64,000 nucleotides of DNA from an uncultured delta proteobacterium (GCA_963769935.1 CAVYNY010000022.1:224001-288000); one strand, 5' to 3'; counted from the stretch's first letter, positions 1-10,482 are shown. Program-made: numbers and translations. The notes: generated by a model not told the origin, from the letters alone.

Positions 1-97
1 GGCGAACTTCCCCCTTGCCGGGTTCGGCAAGCGGCACATCTTCCAGCTTAAGTACATCTGCGGCTCCTGTCTCGTGAAAACGAACGATTTTTGGCAT
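1..97 (-). CDS. Zinc-binding dehydrogenase / NADPH:quinone oxidoreductase family protein, 5' part only (runs off the window)
   Basis: Manual translation MPKIVRFHETGAADVLKLEDVPLAEPGKGEVR is a typical MDR/QOR N-terminus; GAAAGGA RBS upstream; not in ORF track. Confidence 0.75.
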   Translation of the reverse strand, partial: MPKIVRFHETGAADVLKLEDVPLAEPGKGEVR

Positions 98-597
98 GGT
101 ATTCCTTTCATGTGGGTGGTGGTTGTTATACCGCCCTTCCGTTATTCGGAACATTTTTTTGAAAAGCGGCAAAATTGATATAAACTAAACTTTAAGTCTC
201 GTAACGATGTTGTCAAATCCTGATCAATTACTAATCTGAGCTTGCAACTCACTAATCAAGACTCGACACCTATCTTTCCGACAAGCTGTCGATTCCATGA
301 TACTATTCTCTTATCGCAGGGTTGAGTGAGGCAGTGATCTGTTTTGATATCTCAGGCTTCGAAGTCAACAAGCGATCAGCTCTAAATACCGGCGAATAAT
401 TTAATCATGAGTGGCTCCCTTCACTGATCAATCAATATTTCAGTATCCGACCCGGAGACTTTGCTCGAATGGCCTTTAATTTCTTAAAGGGCCTTTTTCG
501 GCCATGAAAATGTGCCGCTAAGCCCCAAAAACCGTTATTTTTCGGTCTTAATTCCTTGTCTGATAAGGATTGAGCTTGGTCCGACCCTGGGGAGGGG

Positions 598-1461
598 GTC
601 ATCGCTCTTTGGGGCCTGGAGACGACATTTGGCGACTACCTGGGCAGCTTCCGTGTTATCGATGCACTGGCGACGTTGGCCTATGACCAGCGGCGCGCCC
701 AATTTTTTCGGGAGGAGCTTCTTAACGCACTGAAAATAGTCGAGGAAGGCCACATTTCACCGGATGCGATGAGGGGCTCCTGGGCCGGGGCGATGGGACA
801 CATGCAGTTCGTCCCTTCCACGTTCACCGGACATGCTGTAGATTATAACGGAGACGGCCGCAAGGACATCTGGGGCAGCTTGCCTGACGCCTTCGCTTCC
901 GCGGCAAACTTCCTTCGCGACTTAGGCTGGCAACCTGGGCAAATCTGGGGTCGCGAGGTGCGCCTGCCCGAGGACTTTAATCTAATGCTTGCCACAATGG
1001 ACGTGAAAAAGACTCTGGCGGAGTGGTCGTCGCTTGGGGTACGGCGGTCCGACGGGACGGCCTTGCCGCAGGCGGATATGGCAGGATCCATCGTGTTACC
1101 CCAGGGTTATAAAGGCCCGGCATTTTTAGTGTATGACAATTTTCGGACAATTCTGCGCTGGAACCGTTCGATCAACTACGCAATCTCGGTCTGCTATCTC
1201 GCGGATCGAATAGCCGGATTGCCGCAGATTGCAAACGGCCGTGATGCGGAGCATGAACCGCTTTCGCGCGAAGAGGCCAAGGAGATGCAGCGGCTTCTCA
1301 ACCTGCTCGGCTTTGACGCCGGCCCAGAAGATGGTTTTCCGGGTCCCCACACGAGTTCTGCGATTCGGGCATTTCAGGATGAGCACTCGTTACCGCCGGA
1401 CGGCTATCCATCGCCTGCTTTGCTCAAGCGTCTGCGGGCGCTTACCGCGGCCACACCCTGA
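598..1461 (+). pseudogene. 5'-truncated lytic murein transglycosylase (MltB/SLT_2 plus C-terminal PG-binding domain)
   Basis: Frame continues upstream of the listed ORF as VIALWGLETTFG (catalytic Glu motif); also GSWAGAMGHMQF and DYNGDGRKD; in-frame TGA at 571-573, no start codon or signal peptide. Confidence 0.75.
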
Positions 1462-1886
1462 GTAAGGGTGATGGGTAACATCTGATATGAAGCCCTTGGC
1501 GCAGCAAATGAGAGAATATCTGGAGGTGCTGCTACGAATGACAACCACGGTTTGGGGCCGGGCCAGGCTAAGTTAATGATTATTTAATTTTAGCGTTTTA
1601 GAAAAGGGTATTTTCAAGGTTTATATCATCATTTTCAGCCTCGAAAAGGGCCTCTTAGGAAATGGGGCTTCCCCGCAGCGGGATACCGTTCACCGCTATT
1701 GTCGGAGGAATTATTCAGGTCCGAAGATGGCCATCGTATTGCGCAGCTGCCGAATCGAACTTTTCCCAAACCCCTGAGCTTTAAAATTGAAGCCGACCGC
1801 TGCCGTTTGCGCATCGGCGACCGGCTTGACCCGGACACGGTGGGAGGACTGGATTACGAGACGCGCAAGATCGTAGTTCTTGCGCT

Positions 1887-2279
1887 TCATGCCGCCCGCG
1901 GAGACGAGCGATCGGCCACGTAGGCCTGCCAGGGGATGAGCAGCGGCATCAGCAACTCTATGGCGGTGACCGCAAGGAAAGCCAAGCCCGGGGAACCGGA
2001 AAAGTGCCACGCAAGCACCCGTCCAACACCGCCGGCAAAGACAACGCCGCAGATGAGCCGGAACAGGACAGTTTGGCGTTCTATTTGGGGAATGAGCCAC
2101 CAGACGATCAAGGCCAGGCCAACGTCCCAGGCGGACATGAACCGAAACTGACTATCGAGCTTTGGAGTCACCACGGCAGCGGGAGCAAGCAAACCGGCAC
2201 CACGGATGAAGCCGAGGATTCCCACGGCAAGCGGCAGCAGACTCAAGAGTGCCATGACAACCTGGAGTGCGCGCTTCAT
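1887..2279 (-). CDS. DUF4345-like membrane protein
   Basis: 130 aa, about 4 hydrophobic segments, DSQFRF and GGVGR motifs. Confidence 0.6.
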   Translation of the reverse strand: MKRALQVVMALLSLLPLAVGILGFIRGAGLLAPAAVVTPKLDSQFRFMSAWDVGLALIVWWLIPQIERQTVLFRLICGVVFAGGVGRVLAWHFSGSPGLAFLAVTAIELLMPLLIPWQAYVADRSSPRAA

Positions 2280-2499
2280 TCGACGCCTGACGGTAAGCCA
2301 TGCGCCTTACATGGGATTGTGAGGGAAACTATTAAAACGTATACCGATAATCGCCATATGCGCGTCTCATCCTTCATAAATCACCTCGCCTTTTTCAATT
2401 TCCTTCAGAATCGGAATACATTTCAGAAATTTTCTTAATTGATTCGAGCGCTTAATCTCAAGAAATTTTTCTCGTCGCCTTTGACCGTCCGTTAGTCAA

Positions 2500-3294
2500 C
2501 TACACACTTGTAACTTTTTTGGCGTACAGCTCCGGCCGAAGGTCACTGAGGACGGGATTTGTTTCTCTTGCCTCGTCAATCGCGTTTTTATCAATATCTG
2601 CCAAGAGAAGCGCTTCAGTCGATTCGGCCCTTAGCACATCTTTTCCATCCGGGCCGACGAGGCAGCTGCGGCCGCAGTAGACGGTATCGCCCTCCGATCC
2701 GCACCGGTTGACATAGGCCACGTAAATTTCATTTTCATAAGCCCGCGCCGGTACGACTTTTTCGGCCACCCGGCAGTAATCTACCATCAAAGCGGTCGGG
2801 ACGGCGATCAAATCGGCTCCGGCGTGAGCCAGTGCGCGCACTGCTTCCGGAAATTCAACATCATAACATATTAGTATTCCGATATTCAGGCCTTCCAGTT
2901 CTGCCATGATCAGCGAATTCCCGGGTTTGAAAAACTTTTTTTCATAACTGCCGTAAAGGTGGGTTTTGCGATAATTGGCTTGCGCCCGTCCTTTGCGGTC
3001 AATGAGAAGGGCGGCGTTGTATACATCTGCATCAGACCGTTCCGAATAACCGTACAGCAGGGCAATATTCGCCTTACGCGCGATTTCAGCCGCTTTTTGA
3101 TAGGATGGCCCATCAGCCGGTTCCGCCAAACTGTGGGCGGCGCTGCCGATGTTGTAGCCGGTCAGGAATAACTCCGGAAAGATGATCAGGTCTGCGCCTC
3201 GCTGAGCTGCTGAGAATGCCGATCGATGAATGATTTCAAGGTTTTTATCAACTTTGGCGGGCAAGCCTTCCCCTTGATAAATCGCAATTTTCAT
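2500..3294 (-). CDS. Carbon-nitrogen hydrolase (nitrilase/amidase superfamily, 5-aminopentanamidase-like)
   Basis: Glu-Lys-Cys triad motifs FPELFLTGY, YRKTHLY, ICYDVEFPE. Confidence 0.9.
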   Translation of the reverse strand: MKIAIYQGEGLPAKVDKNLEIIHRSAFSAAQRGADLIIFPELFLTGYNIGSAAHSLAEPADGPSYQKAAEIARKANIALLYGYSERSDADVYNAALLIDRKGRAQANYRKTHLYGSYEKKFFKPGNSLIMAELEGLNIGILICYDVEFPEAVRALAHAGADLIAVPTALMVDYCRVAEKVVPARAYENEIYVAYVNRCGSEGDTVYCGRSCLVGPDGKDVLRAESTEALLLADIDKNAIDEARETNPVLSDLRPELYAKKVTSV

Positions 3295-3405
3295 TTTTTT
3301 GCTTTTTACTCCACATTACGGGCTTAGATTTGCGGTTGGTGATTTATACTTCCATACAGGGTCGGATCCATGATCTGATCATATAATTTTGCAAAATTTT
3401 TTAAT

Positions 3406-3434
3406 ACATAAATGTTGTGCAACAGCATTTATTT
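3406..3434. repeat. 29-bp palindromic direct repeat, copy 1
   Basis: ACATAAATGTTGTGCAACAGCATTTATTT, 27/29 identical to 3908-3936; contains the PilZ stop codon. Confidence 0.85.
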
Positions 3435-3749
3435 CAGCCTTGCACCGTAGCCAACCTGATAGGATGAGCCCTGCAATACTTTGCACCACATGATTTCGAC
3501 ATCAAAGTATTGCCGGGCTTTTTCTAAAAAATGCGGCGGCGGGTTTTTAATTGATAGGGCAATTTCATCTCCTTGCAAAAGATCCTCATCCGATTCGAAA
3601 TACAGCCCTTCTGCGCTGAAGTTGTACATCGTACCCCGGTAAAAAAAATCGGGCGGACATGTATTATGCAAAATTGGCTTATTGCATTGGAATCGCTTGT
3701 TTTTTCTACGATCAAGACTCGACTGCATTTTGACGCTCTCCCGCTTCAT
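3429..3749 (-). CDS. Stand-alone PilZ domain protein (c-di-GMP receptor); start may be 3728
   Basis: RxxxR (RKNKR) and NxSxxG (NFSAEG) motifs; GGAG precedes the ATG at 3728. Confidence 0.85.
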   Translation of the reverse strand: MKRESVKMQSSLDRRKNKRFQCNKPILHNTCPPDFFYRGTMYNFSAEGLYFESDEDLLQGDEIALSIKNPPPHFLEKARQYFDVEIMWCKVLQGSSYQVGYGARLK

Positions 3750-3907
3750 CCTGTAAAACTCAGGCCGCAGCTAATAGCAAACGCGTCGATAATTAATTGG
3801 ACCCGGCGTGCTTGGATTTATTTGTTTTACTCGCCGCAGAGATTACAACTATTACGTTGTGTTCTGTATTACCGGCCTTAGATGACCATTTAAAAAAATT
3901 ATTGATA

Positions 3908-3936
3908 ACATAAATGCTGTGTAACAGCATTTATTT
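3908..3936. repeat. 29-bp palindromic direct repeat, copy 2
   Basis: ATAAATGCTGT-GTA-ACAGCATTTAT perfect 11-3-11 inverted repeat; contains the permease stop codon. Confidence 0.85.
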
Positions 3937-4731
3937 TTCCTCCGGATTCATTGCACCGAGAAGCTTCGGCAGGTCACCGAAACGCCCGATGAGCCCGAAT
4001 ATCAGGGCGGCCAGCAGGACGAACACCACGGTCACGGATGCCATTACCGGTGTGTAGCCATAGCGCAGGGAGTTAAAAATTTTGATCGGCAGGGTTTCAA
4101 CCGTAAAACCGGCGACCATGTAAGCAACGATATATTCGTTGAGGCTTAAGACAAACGCAAAAGCATAACCGGAGATCATGTAGGGGCGAATCAACGGAAA
4201 TATGACGGTGCGGAAAACGGTTCCGGAATCGGCTCCCATGGTTTCAGCCGCTTCGACGATTTCATGATCGATGGATTCAAATCCAAGGGAAACCGTCACC
4301 AACGGCAGGGTCACGAAGAAAATGGCGTGTGAGATCATGGTGGCGACCATCTTCCCGTAAAAACCGATAGTTACCCAGAAGGAAAGAAATCCCAGGGCCG
4401 TGATGACGGGCGGCAGGATGAACGGCGAAATGCCGAGTGTAAAGAGCGCCCGGGCGTAGAAAACGCGATAGCGCCACAGAAAATAAGCCAGAGGCATCGC
4501 AATCGACAATGCAATCAGGCTTGAGGTTGTGGCGATGGTCAGGCTGTTTTGCACCGGAATCAGCCAGCTGCTTTCGGTAAGCAGCTCCTGGTACCAGCGC
4601 AGGGATATGCCATCCGGCGGGAAAAAAAGCCGTTTTTTAGCATTTAAAGAGACCCCGCCGACAACTATCAGCGGCCCGCTCAGCAAGAATAAGATTAGGC
4701 CGAGGAATATGATACGAAGTGTTTTGCTCAT
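3931..4731 (-). CDS. Polyamine-type ABC permease (PotC-like)
   Basis: EAA loop EAAETMGA, SLNEY, TLPI; operon context. Confidence 0.9.
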   Translation of the reverse strand: MSKTLRIIFLGLILFLLSGPLIVVGGVSLNAKKRLFFPPDGISLRWYQELLTESSWLIPVQNSLTIATTSSLIALSIAMPLAYFLWRYRVFYARALFTLGISPFILPPVITALGFLSFWVTIGFYGKMVATMISHAIFFVTLPLVTVSLGFESIDHEIVEAAETMGADSGTVFRTVIFPLIRPYMISGYAFAFVLSLNEYIVAYMVAGFTVETLPIKIFNSLRYGYTPVMASVTVVFVLLAALIFGLIGRFGDLPKLLGAMNPEEK

Positions 4732-4764
4732 GCGCTGTTACTCGATAATTGGAAACTGCCGCGC

Positions 4765-4845
4765 AGCTTGAGGCTTGGAAGCTGGAAAGCCTGGAGGATA
4801 TCTCCCAAAAGCTTTCTGGCTTTCAAGCCTCCCGGCTTCCCGGCT
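4765..4845. repeat. Paired inverted arms of degenerate 9-mer repeats (AAGCTGGGA word)
   Basis: gcttgaggcttggaagctggaaagcctggagg ... gctttctggctttcaagcctcccggcttcccggct between two permease genes. Confidence 0.75.
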
Positions 4846-4881
4846 AACGCTCGTCCGATTCTTCCTAAATTGAATATCGGT

Positions 4882-5742
4882 TTATGCTGATACAACCTTT
4901 TTTCTCTTGCCGATTGCCATCGTGAGCGCAACCAGCAGAAGGCTGACAAACATAAAAAATATCGCCATGGCGGCCGCCATGGGCATATTGGTCTGGTAGA
5001 TTGCCTGGTCGGTGATCAGCACGGACAGCGTCCAATGATGCGGACGGCCGAGAATCTGGGGCAGCAGATAGACTCCGAGAGTGAAGACGAACACCATCAC
5101 AAAAGCCGCGACAATGGCGTTGCGCAGCGAGCCTACAATTACCATGAAAAAAGTTTTCAGCGGCGAAGCCCCCAAGGTCAGCGACGCTTCCGGAAGCGCC
5201 GGGTCAAGGCGGGACAGCGACGGGTACAGGACCAGCACGGTGTATGGAAAAGCAAGATAACAGATTCCACAAAGCAGCGCCGCAAACCCCGGATACCACG
5301 CTACGGGTTTGTTCATCAATCCCAACCAGACCAGAAGGTTTGAAATGCCGGCGGTGCGCGACAACAGCAGCGACCAGGCAAAACCGACAATTACTTCCGA
5401 CAGCGACAGCACCGACATTAAAAACACCAGCCAGACTACCTGGGCCCGCCGCCGCATCCGGGTTATAAAATAAGTGAAGGGAAACCCGAGAGACACACAT
5501 ACCGCAGCCGAGAGCCCAGCAATAAACAAGGAAAACAACAGTGTTCGTCCAAAAAGCGCCGTATAGAGATTCCGGTAGTTTGTCAGCTCAAAACCGGCAA
5601 TATAAAAGCCGCCGACCTCCCGATGAAAAAAGCTGACGGCAATCATCATTCCGAAGGGTATTACAAAAAATACGCCCAGCATGACGGCCGGGTACACTAA
5701 CGGCAGGTGGGCGCGGACACCTTTTGGCTTTTCTCCGATCAT
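4882..5742 (-). CDS. Polyamine-type ABC permease (PotB-like)
   Basis: EASLTLGASP loop, PQILG; overlaps the ATPase stop. Confidence 0.9.
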   Translation of the reverse strand: MIGEKPKGVRAHLPLVYPAVMLGVFFVIPFGMMIAVSFFHREVGGFYIAGFELTNYRNLYTALFGRTLLFSLFIAGLSAAVCVSLGFPFTYFITRMRRRAQVVWLVFLMSVLSLSEVIVGFAWSLLLSRTAGISNLLVWLGLMNKPVAWYPGFAALLCGICYLAFPYTVLVLYPSLSRLDPALPEASLTLGASPLKTFFMVIVGSLRNAIVAAFVMVFVFTLGVYLLPQILGRPHHWTLSVLITDQAIYQTNMPMAAAMAIFFMFVSLLLVALTMAIGKRKKVVSA

Positions 5743-6797
5743 GATTTCAGCACCACACAGGCCGCCGCCGGAAGGACAACCGTGGCCTTGTCTCCCTGTC
5801 TTACCTGCGGTCTGCCTTTGGGTGTCGATTGACTCACTATTTGAATCCCATTGCAGTTGAGATAGATTTCGACGCTGGAGCCCACATCCCTTATGAAAGA
5901 GACGGTTCCATGCAACCGGTTTTCCCCTTTTTCGATACCCGGCAGCACGCGAATGTCTTCCGGCCGTATCGACACAGTGACGGATGTGCCGGCCGACAGG
6001 CCTTCCGCTGATTCTTCAACGATTAAGCGTTCGGCCCCGATTTTGATTTCTCCGTCTCCGCTGCAGGTTCCCTGCAGCAGATTGCTGGAGCCTATGAAAT
6101 CCGCCACGAACGTATCGGCCGGCTGGCGATAGATCGCCAGCGGGGAGCCCATCTGGTGGACACGATTGTCCGGGCCCATGACCACTACCAAATCCGACAT
6201 GGTCATGGCTTCGCGCTGATCGTGGGTGACGAGGATGGTGGTTATTGCAAGACGCTGCTGAAGCTCGCGCAGCTCCAGCTGCATGCTTTCGCGCAGTTTG
6301 GCATCAAGCGCCGACAGCGGCTCATCCAGCAAAAACAGCCGCGGTTCGATGGCCAGGGCGCGTGCAATGGCAACCCTCTGGCGCTGACCGCCGGAAAGCT
6401 GCGATACATAGCGATCCATATAGCCGGATAATTGCACAAGATCCAGGAGTTCGGCGGCTTTTTTGTGTTGAGCTGCTTTGTCGGCATGGCGAACCCGCAG
6501 ACTGTAGGCCACGTTTTCTCCCACGGTTAAATGGGGAAACAGGGCCAGAGACTGAAAGACCATACCGAAATTGCGCTTGTGGGCCGGTGTTTGAGTAATA
6601 TCTTCGGTATCAAGCAGAATGCGTCCCCGGGTGGGATTTTCCAGCCCGGCAATGAGTCGCAGAAGGGTCGTCTTACCGCATCCCGAAGGACCTAAAAAAC
6701 AGACAAACCGTCCGTTGGGTAAATTAAGATTTACATCCCGGGCGGCCACCACCGTGCCGAACTGTTTGTGGATGTCTTCGAGAATTAAGCCGGCCAT
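5739..6797 (-). CDS. Polyamine-type ABC ATPase (PotA-like)
   Basis: GPSGCGKT, LSGGQRQR, LLDEP, C-terminal TOBE-like region. Confidence 0.92.
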   Translation of the reverse strand: MAGLILEDIHKQFGTVVAARDVNLNLPNGRFVCFLGPSGCGKTTLLRLIAGLENPTRGRILLDTEDITQTPAHKRNFGMVFQSLALFPHLTVGENVAYSLRVRHADKAAQHKKAAELLDLVQLSGYMDRYVSQLSGGQRQRVAIARALAIEPRLFLLDEPLSALDAKLRESMQLELRELQQRLAITTILVTHDQREAMTMSDLVVVMGPDNRVHQMGSPLAIYRQPADTFVADFIGSSNLLQGTCSGDGEIKIGAERLIVEESAEGLSAGTSVTVSIRPEDIRVLPGIEKGENRLHGTVSFIRDVGSSVEIYLNCNGIQIVSQSTPKGRPQVRQGDKATVVLPAAACVVLKS

Positions 6798-6798
6798 A

Positions 6799-7152
6799 AA
6801 AAGTGCCTAAAGTGCCTAAAATGTCTAAAATGCCTATAAATGCCTAAAATTGAAACTGGTCATTGGCCTCTGGTTCTTGGCTCCTTATTTCTGGTTTAAG
6901 GTGTCAGGTGTCAGAAAACAGATGACGGAGAACAGATGACAGAAGTCAGATCTCGGAATTGAGAATCTGGAAAAGAGGCGAAGGTGGGAAGATAAGAAGG
7001 TGCGATAAGAAACGAAACGATTGTGTAAGTCGTAAGCTATCAAGCCATCTTCCATCATCTATTGTTTATCTTCAACCCTAAACCTTGAGCCATTCGCCTT
7101 AAGCCTAACACCTTTAACCTCTAACCCTATACCTTTTACCTTTCACCTTCTG
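6799..7152. repeat. Mosaic stack of degenerate short tandem repeats
   Basis: Blocks of AAAGTGCCT (about x5), GGTYMTT, GGTGTCA, ACAGATG, GAAGATAA, then pyrimidine-rich TAAC(C)CT/TTTACCT blocks. Confidence 0.8.
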
Positions 7153-7172
7153 CTCTCAATCTTTTATCTTGA

Positions 7173-7209
7173 GAACAAAACGGTCGGAGCCGATTGACGA
7201 CTCCGACCG
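7173..7209 (-). terminator. Intrinsic terminator or mRNA-stabilising hairpin after the binding-protein gene
   Basis: CGGTCGGAG...CTCCGACCG stem followed by TTTTGTT on the minus strand. Confidence 0.7.
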
Positions 7210-7227
7210 CTGACTTTAGGCCACCTT

Positions 7228-8334
7228 TTATTCAGTGACCATTTCCGTCCACTTCTCGTTCACCCAGTCGCTGAGATCACCCGTGTACAAATCATAGCGT
7301 GGGATGATCGGGGGAATGTCACTTGCAACGGATGCAAATTGAGCATCCGTGAGACCGGTTGTATCTCGTTTGACCGTCGGTGCCGTACCGACTTTCAGCG
7401 ACAATTTGGCCTGAATTTGCGGCTGGCACATATAGTTGATAAAAATGTGCGCTTCTTTGCTCATCTTGGAGGCCTTGGAAACCGCCCATGAGCCGGAATC
7501 CATCACCCCGCCCTCTTTTGGGAAAGTGGAGCGCACCGGCTGGCCGTCTGCCGCAGCCAGGCCGGCAACATCGTGGTAGTATTGTCCCATGGGAATTTCG
7601 CCGGACTGCAGCGCCTGCTGAAACTGCCCTTCATCACGATACCACAATTTCACGTTGGGTTTTATTTCGGCGAGTTTATTTAAAACCTTGAGGATGCCTT
7701 CCTTGGAATTGAGGAGGTCATAGCCTCCGAAGAAGGTTTTGGATGTGATTTCGAGTAAAAACGAGTTGGAAGCCAGGGCCAGCAGTCCCAGTTTGTTCTT
7801 TTTATCCGGCTGCCACATATCGGCCCAGGAGGTCGGTGCTGTCGGGAACACGTTGGTGTTTGTTACCAGGGTGATGTACCATGACACCGCGCCGATTCCA
7901 TCCACCCGGCCGTCCGGGTATTTGTGGACATGCTGCGGCAGCAAAAATTTGCTGTTGGGTATCAGCTTGAGATCCAACGGCATCCAGAGCCCGGTTCGTT
8001 CACCCCTTAGCATCACGGTTTGAGCCATCATGGACACATCGGCCGGCGCCATGCCCGCGTGTGCAGCCTGCTCCAGCTGAACCAGCCAGGCCTCGCCGGT
8101 GGGTTCAGCCACCGATTCTACTTTAATGCCGGTAGCTTTGGTAAAGTCCGGGAAAATGTGTTTGTCGAACGAATCTTTGAAGTAGCCGCCGTACGCACCG
8201 ACTTTCAGCACCCCTTGGGCCTGAACCGAAGGCACGCCAAATCCCAGGACAGCCAGGCAAAGGGCTGCGACAATGCCCGTAAGCGCCATGCGGCGACTTG
8301 TTGTTGTAGGATTAATTTTGATTTTTCCTGACAT
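7228..8334 (-). CDS. Polyamine-type ABC substrate-binding protein (PotD/PotF-like)
   Basis: Signal peptide, YGG, PTSWADMW, PKEG motifs; AGGAGG RBS. Confidence 0.88.
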   Translation of the reverse strand: MSGKIKINPTTTSRRMALTGIVAALCLAVLGFGVPSVQAQGVLKVGAYGGYFKDSFDKHIFPDFTKATGIKVESVAEPTGEAWLVQLEQAAHAGMAPADVSMMAQTVMLRGERTGLWMPLDLKLIPNSKFLLPQHVHKYPDGRVDGIGAVSWYITLVTNTNVFPTAPTSWADMWQPDKKNKLGLLALASNSFLLEITSKTFFGGYDLLNSKEGILKVLNKLAEIKPNVKLWYRDEGQFQQALQSGEIPMGQYYHDVAGLAAADGQPVRSTFPKEGGVMDSGSWAVSKASKMSKEAHIFINYMCQPQIQAKLSLKVGTAPTVKRDTTGLTDAQFASVASDIPPIIPRYDLYTGDLSDWVNEKWTEMVTE

Positions 8335-8395
8335 GGTACATTTCCTCCTTTTTGTGTTGCAGGTTGGTTATTGCGGCGGGAAAATAAAACTGATT

Positions 8396-8598
8396 GGTTC
8401 AGGGTTCAGGGTTCAGGGTTCAAGGTTCAGAGGTTATACGCAATGGACAATGCTGCCAATATTTATATAGGATTCAGAACGCCCGAGATATCCTCTTGGG
8501 TTTAACGGCTTTTTAAACGCAAAGAAGACAGAATCCCTTTGATTCGATTTGTCCGTAAGTTTTTCAACGCTGAACGCTGAACCCAGAACGTTTCAACC
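8396..8598. repeat. Inverted heptamer-array arms (GGTTCAG x5 ... CTGAAC[G/C] x3-4) around about 130 bp of unique DNA
   Basis: ggttcagggttcagggttcagggttcaaggttcag ... aacgctgaacgctgaacccagaacg. Confidence 0.8.
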
Positions 8599-8704
8599 TA
8601 GAAAGCAAATTTTAAACATATGGCAAAAACGAACCTGACTGTCAAGCTAGTACCCCAAATTGTTAGCAAACTAAATAGAAGGGCATTGGCGCAGTGGTTT
8701 CGGA

Positions 8705-8733
8705 TTGACAAAATTGATGACGACAAATAATGT
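8705..8733 (+). promoter_or_regulatory. Putative sigma70 promoter of the aminotransferase
   Basis: TTGACA-17 bp-TAATGT. Confidence 0.5.
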
Positions 8734-8845
8734 AAGCGACCGATTCCTTGTAACGATTGAATATTTTCGATTAAGTCGGTAAACACTACCTGTATCTGAG
8801 TATTATGCTCAAATCAGGGTAAAACAAATATCCGGAGAAGCCGAT

Positions 8846-10180
8846 ATGAGTGGAAAATACAATGTCATGGATGAGGCGTCGCGCCTCATTTTGCACCGAA
8901 CCCCCCAGGCGGATGTGAAAAAGGGGATTCCCATAATGGTCAAGGGTGAGGGGTGTCGCCTGATCGACAAAGAGGGCAAGCGCTATCTCGACATGGAAGC
9001 GGGAATCACACGGCCGGTGCACATCGGTTATGGCCGGGAGGAAGTGGCCCGGGCCGCTTACGATCAGATGTGCCGGCTGCACTACTTCAGTCCCTCGGGA
9101 TATGCCAATGAGCCGGCCCTGGATCTGGCAAACCTGCTGGCCAGAATCACGCCGGGCGACATCAACCGGTTTACCTTTGAATGTTCCGGTTCCGAGGCGG
9201 TTGAATCTGCCATGAAACTGGCAAAACACTACCACTATTTCAGAGGCAACAAGGCCTGTTTCAAAGTTATCTCCCGCAAAGGCGGTTATCATGGTGTCAA
9301 TGGATACGGCGTCAGAGCCCTCGGCACGGTGATGCCCATGCGCCATATGATGGAGCCCATCGCCCCCGGAGCCGTACATGTCGAGCCGCCGTATTGTTAT
9401 CGCTGCCCATATGGACTGGCGTATCCGGACTGTGATCTCAAGTGCGCCCGGGACATCGAACGGGCCATCGAGTTTGAAAATCCTGAACTCATTACCGCTT
9501 TTATCGGAGAACCCATCATGCAGGGATTCGGGGCCTTGTCGCCGCCCAAGGAATACTGGCCGATGGTGCGGGGGATTTGCAACAAATACGATATCCTGCT
9601 CATTATCGACGAGGTCATTTGCGGTTTCGGACGCACCGGCAAAATGTTCGGCGTCGAGCACTTTGCTATTCATCCGGACATGCTGACCATGGCCAAAGGG
9701 ATCAGCAGCGGATATGTTCCCCTGGGGGCCGTCGGCTGTACCGACAAGGTTATGGAACCGATTGAAACTTTCTTCCATCTGCACACTTACGGCAATCACC
9801 CCGTTGCCTGCGCCGCCGCATTGAAAAATATCGAGATCATGCAGACCGAAAAGTTGATCAACAATTCGGAAGAAATGGGGCAATATTTTCTGGCATGTCT
9901 GAAAAACCTGGAGCAGCATGCCGTTGTCGGCGAAGCCCGGGGCCGGGGCCTGTGGCTGGCGCTGGATTTAACCGCCGACAAAAAGACCCGTGCGCTTTTT
10001 CCCTTGGACCGCATTGCCAATATGATCCGCCGCGCCAAGCAGCTCGGCGTCATCATCAAAGGCATCGGATGTGCCCTTGAATTCGCACCGCCGCTGATCA
10101 TTACCAAAGAAGAAATCGATGAGGCGATGAAGGTGATCGAGCTGTGCATTGCAGAAGAAGAAAAGAATATGAGAATGTAG
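8846..10180 (+). CDS. Class III PLP aminotransferase (omega-amine/polyamine transaminase-like)
   Basis: SGSEAVESAMK, GYHG, IIDEVICGFGRTG, PLP Lys in TMAKGISSGY, HTYGNHP. Confidence 0.92.
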   Translation: MSGKYNVMDEASRLILHRTPQADVKKGIPIMVKGEGCRLIDKEGKRYLDMEAGITRPVHIGYGREEVARAAYDQMCRLHYFSPSGYANEPALDLANLLARITPGDINRFTFECSGSEAVESAMKLAKHYHYFRGNKACFKVISRKGGYHGVNGYGVRALGTVMPMRHMMEPIAPGAVHVEPPYCYRCPYGLAYPDCDLKCARDIERAIEFENPELITAFIGEPIMQGFGALSPPKEYWPMVRGICNKYDILLIIDEVICGFGRTGKMFGVEHFAIHPDMLTMAKGISSGYVPLGAVGCTDKVMEPIETFFHLHTYGNHPVACAAALKNIEIMQTEKLINNSEEMGQYFLACLKNLEQHAVVGEARGRGLWLALDLTADKKTRALFPLDRIANMIRRAKQLGVIIKGIGCALEFAPPLIITKEEIDEAMKVIELCIAEEEKNMRM

Positions 10181-10212
10181 ATTCTAATCTCTGTTTTATT
10201 TATTTAGGACCC

Positions 10213-10466
10213 GGATTCTCGCGGATTGACACGGATTGAATAGCTGTTGAGCCCTTGAGTTCGTAAGCCGACAGTTGATGAGTTGGTAAGTTCGTAAGCT
10301 CGTTAGTTGGTAAGCTATAAAAGTTCGTGAGTTCGTGAGTTGGTAGGCTGGTTAGGCGCTTAGTTATAATTTCTTCGCATTTTATGAAAAAAATTTTCGC
10401 CACCAAGACCCAAAGACACAAAGATGAAAATTAACTTAAGGTTTTGCTTCGTGTCTTGGTGCCTTA
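10213..10466. repeat. Mosaic stack of short tandem repeats
   Basis: C[G/A]CGGATT word, long TAAGTTCG/TGAGTTGG 8-mer array, and paired CACCAAGA/CACAAAGA ... GTGTCTTGGTG arms. Confidence 0.8.
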
Positions 10467-10482
10467 GAAAAACAGGAGAAAA

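Noticed and set aside
3908..3936. Integron attC or Xer dif interpretation of the palindrome
   Set aside because: Too short for attC, the core does not match GTTRRRY, the 11-3-11 geometry differs from dif (11-6-11), and no integrase is in the window.
8786..9919. 377-aa antisense ORF
   Set aside because: Shadow of the aminotransferase on the opposite strand; no motifs.
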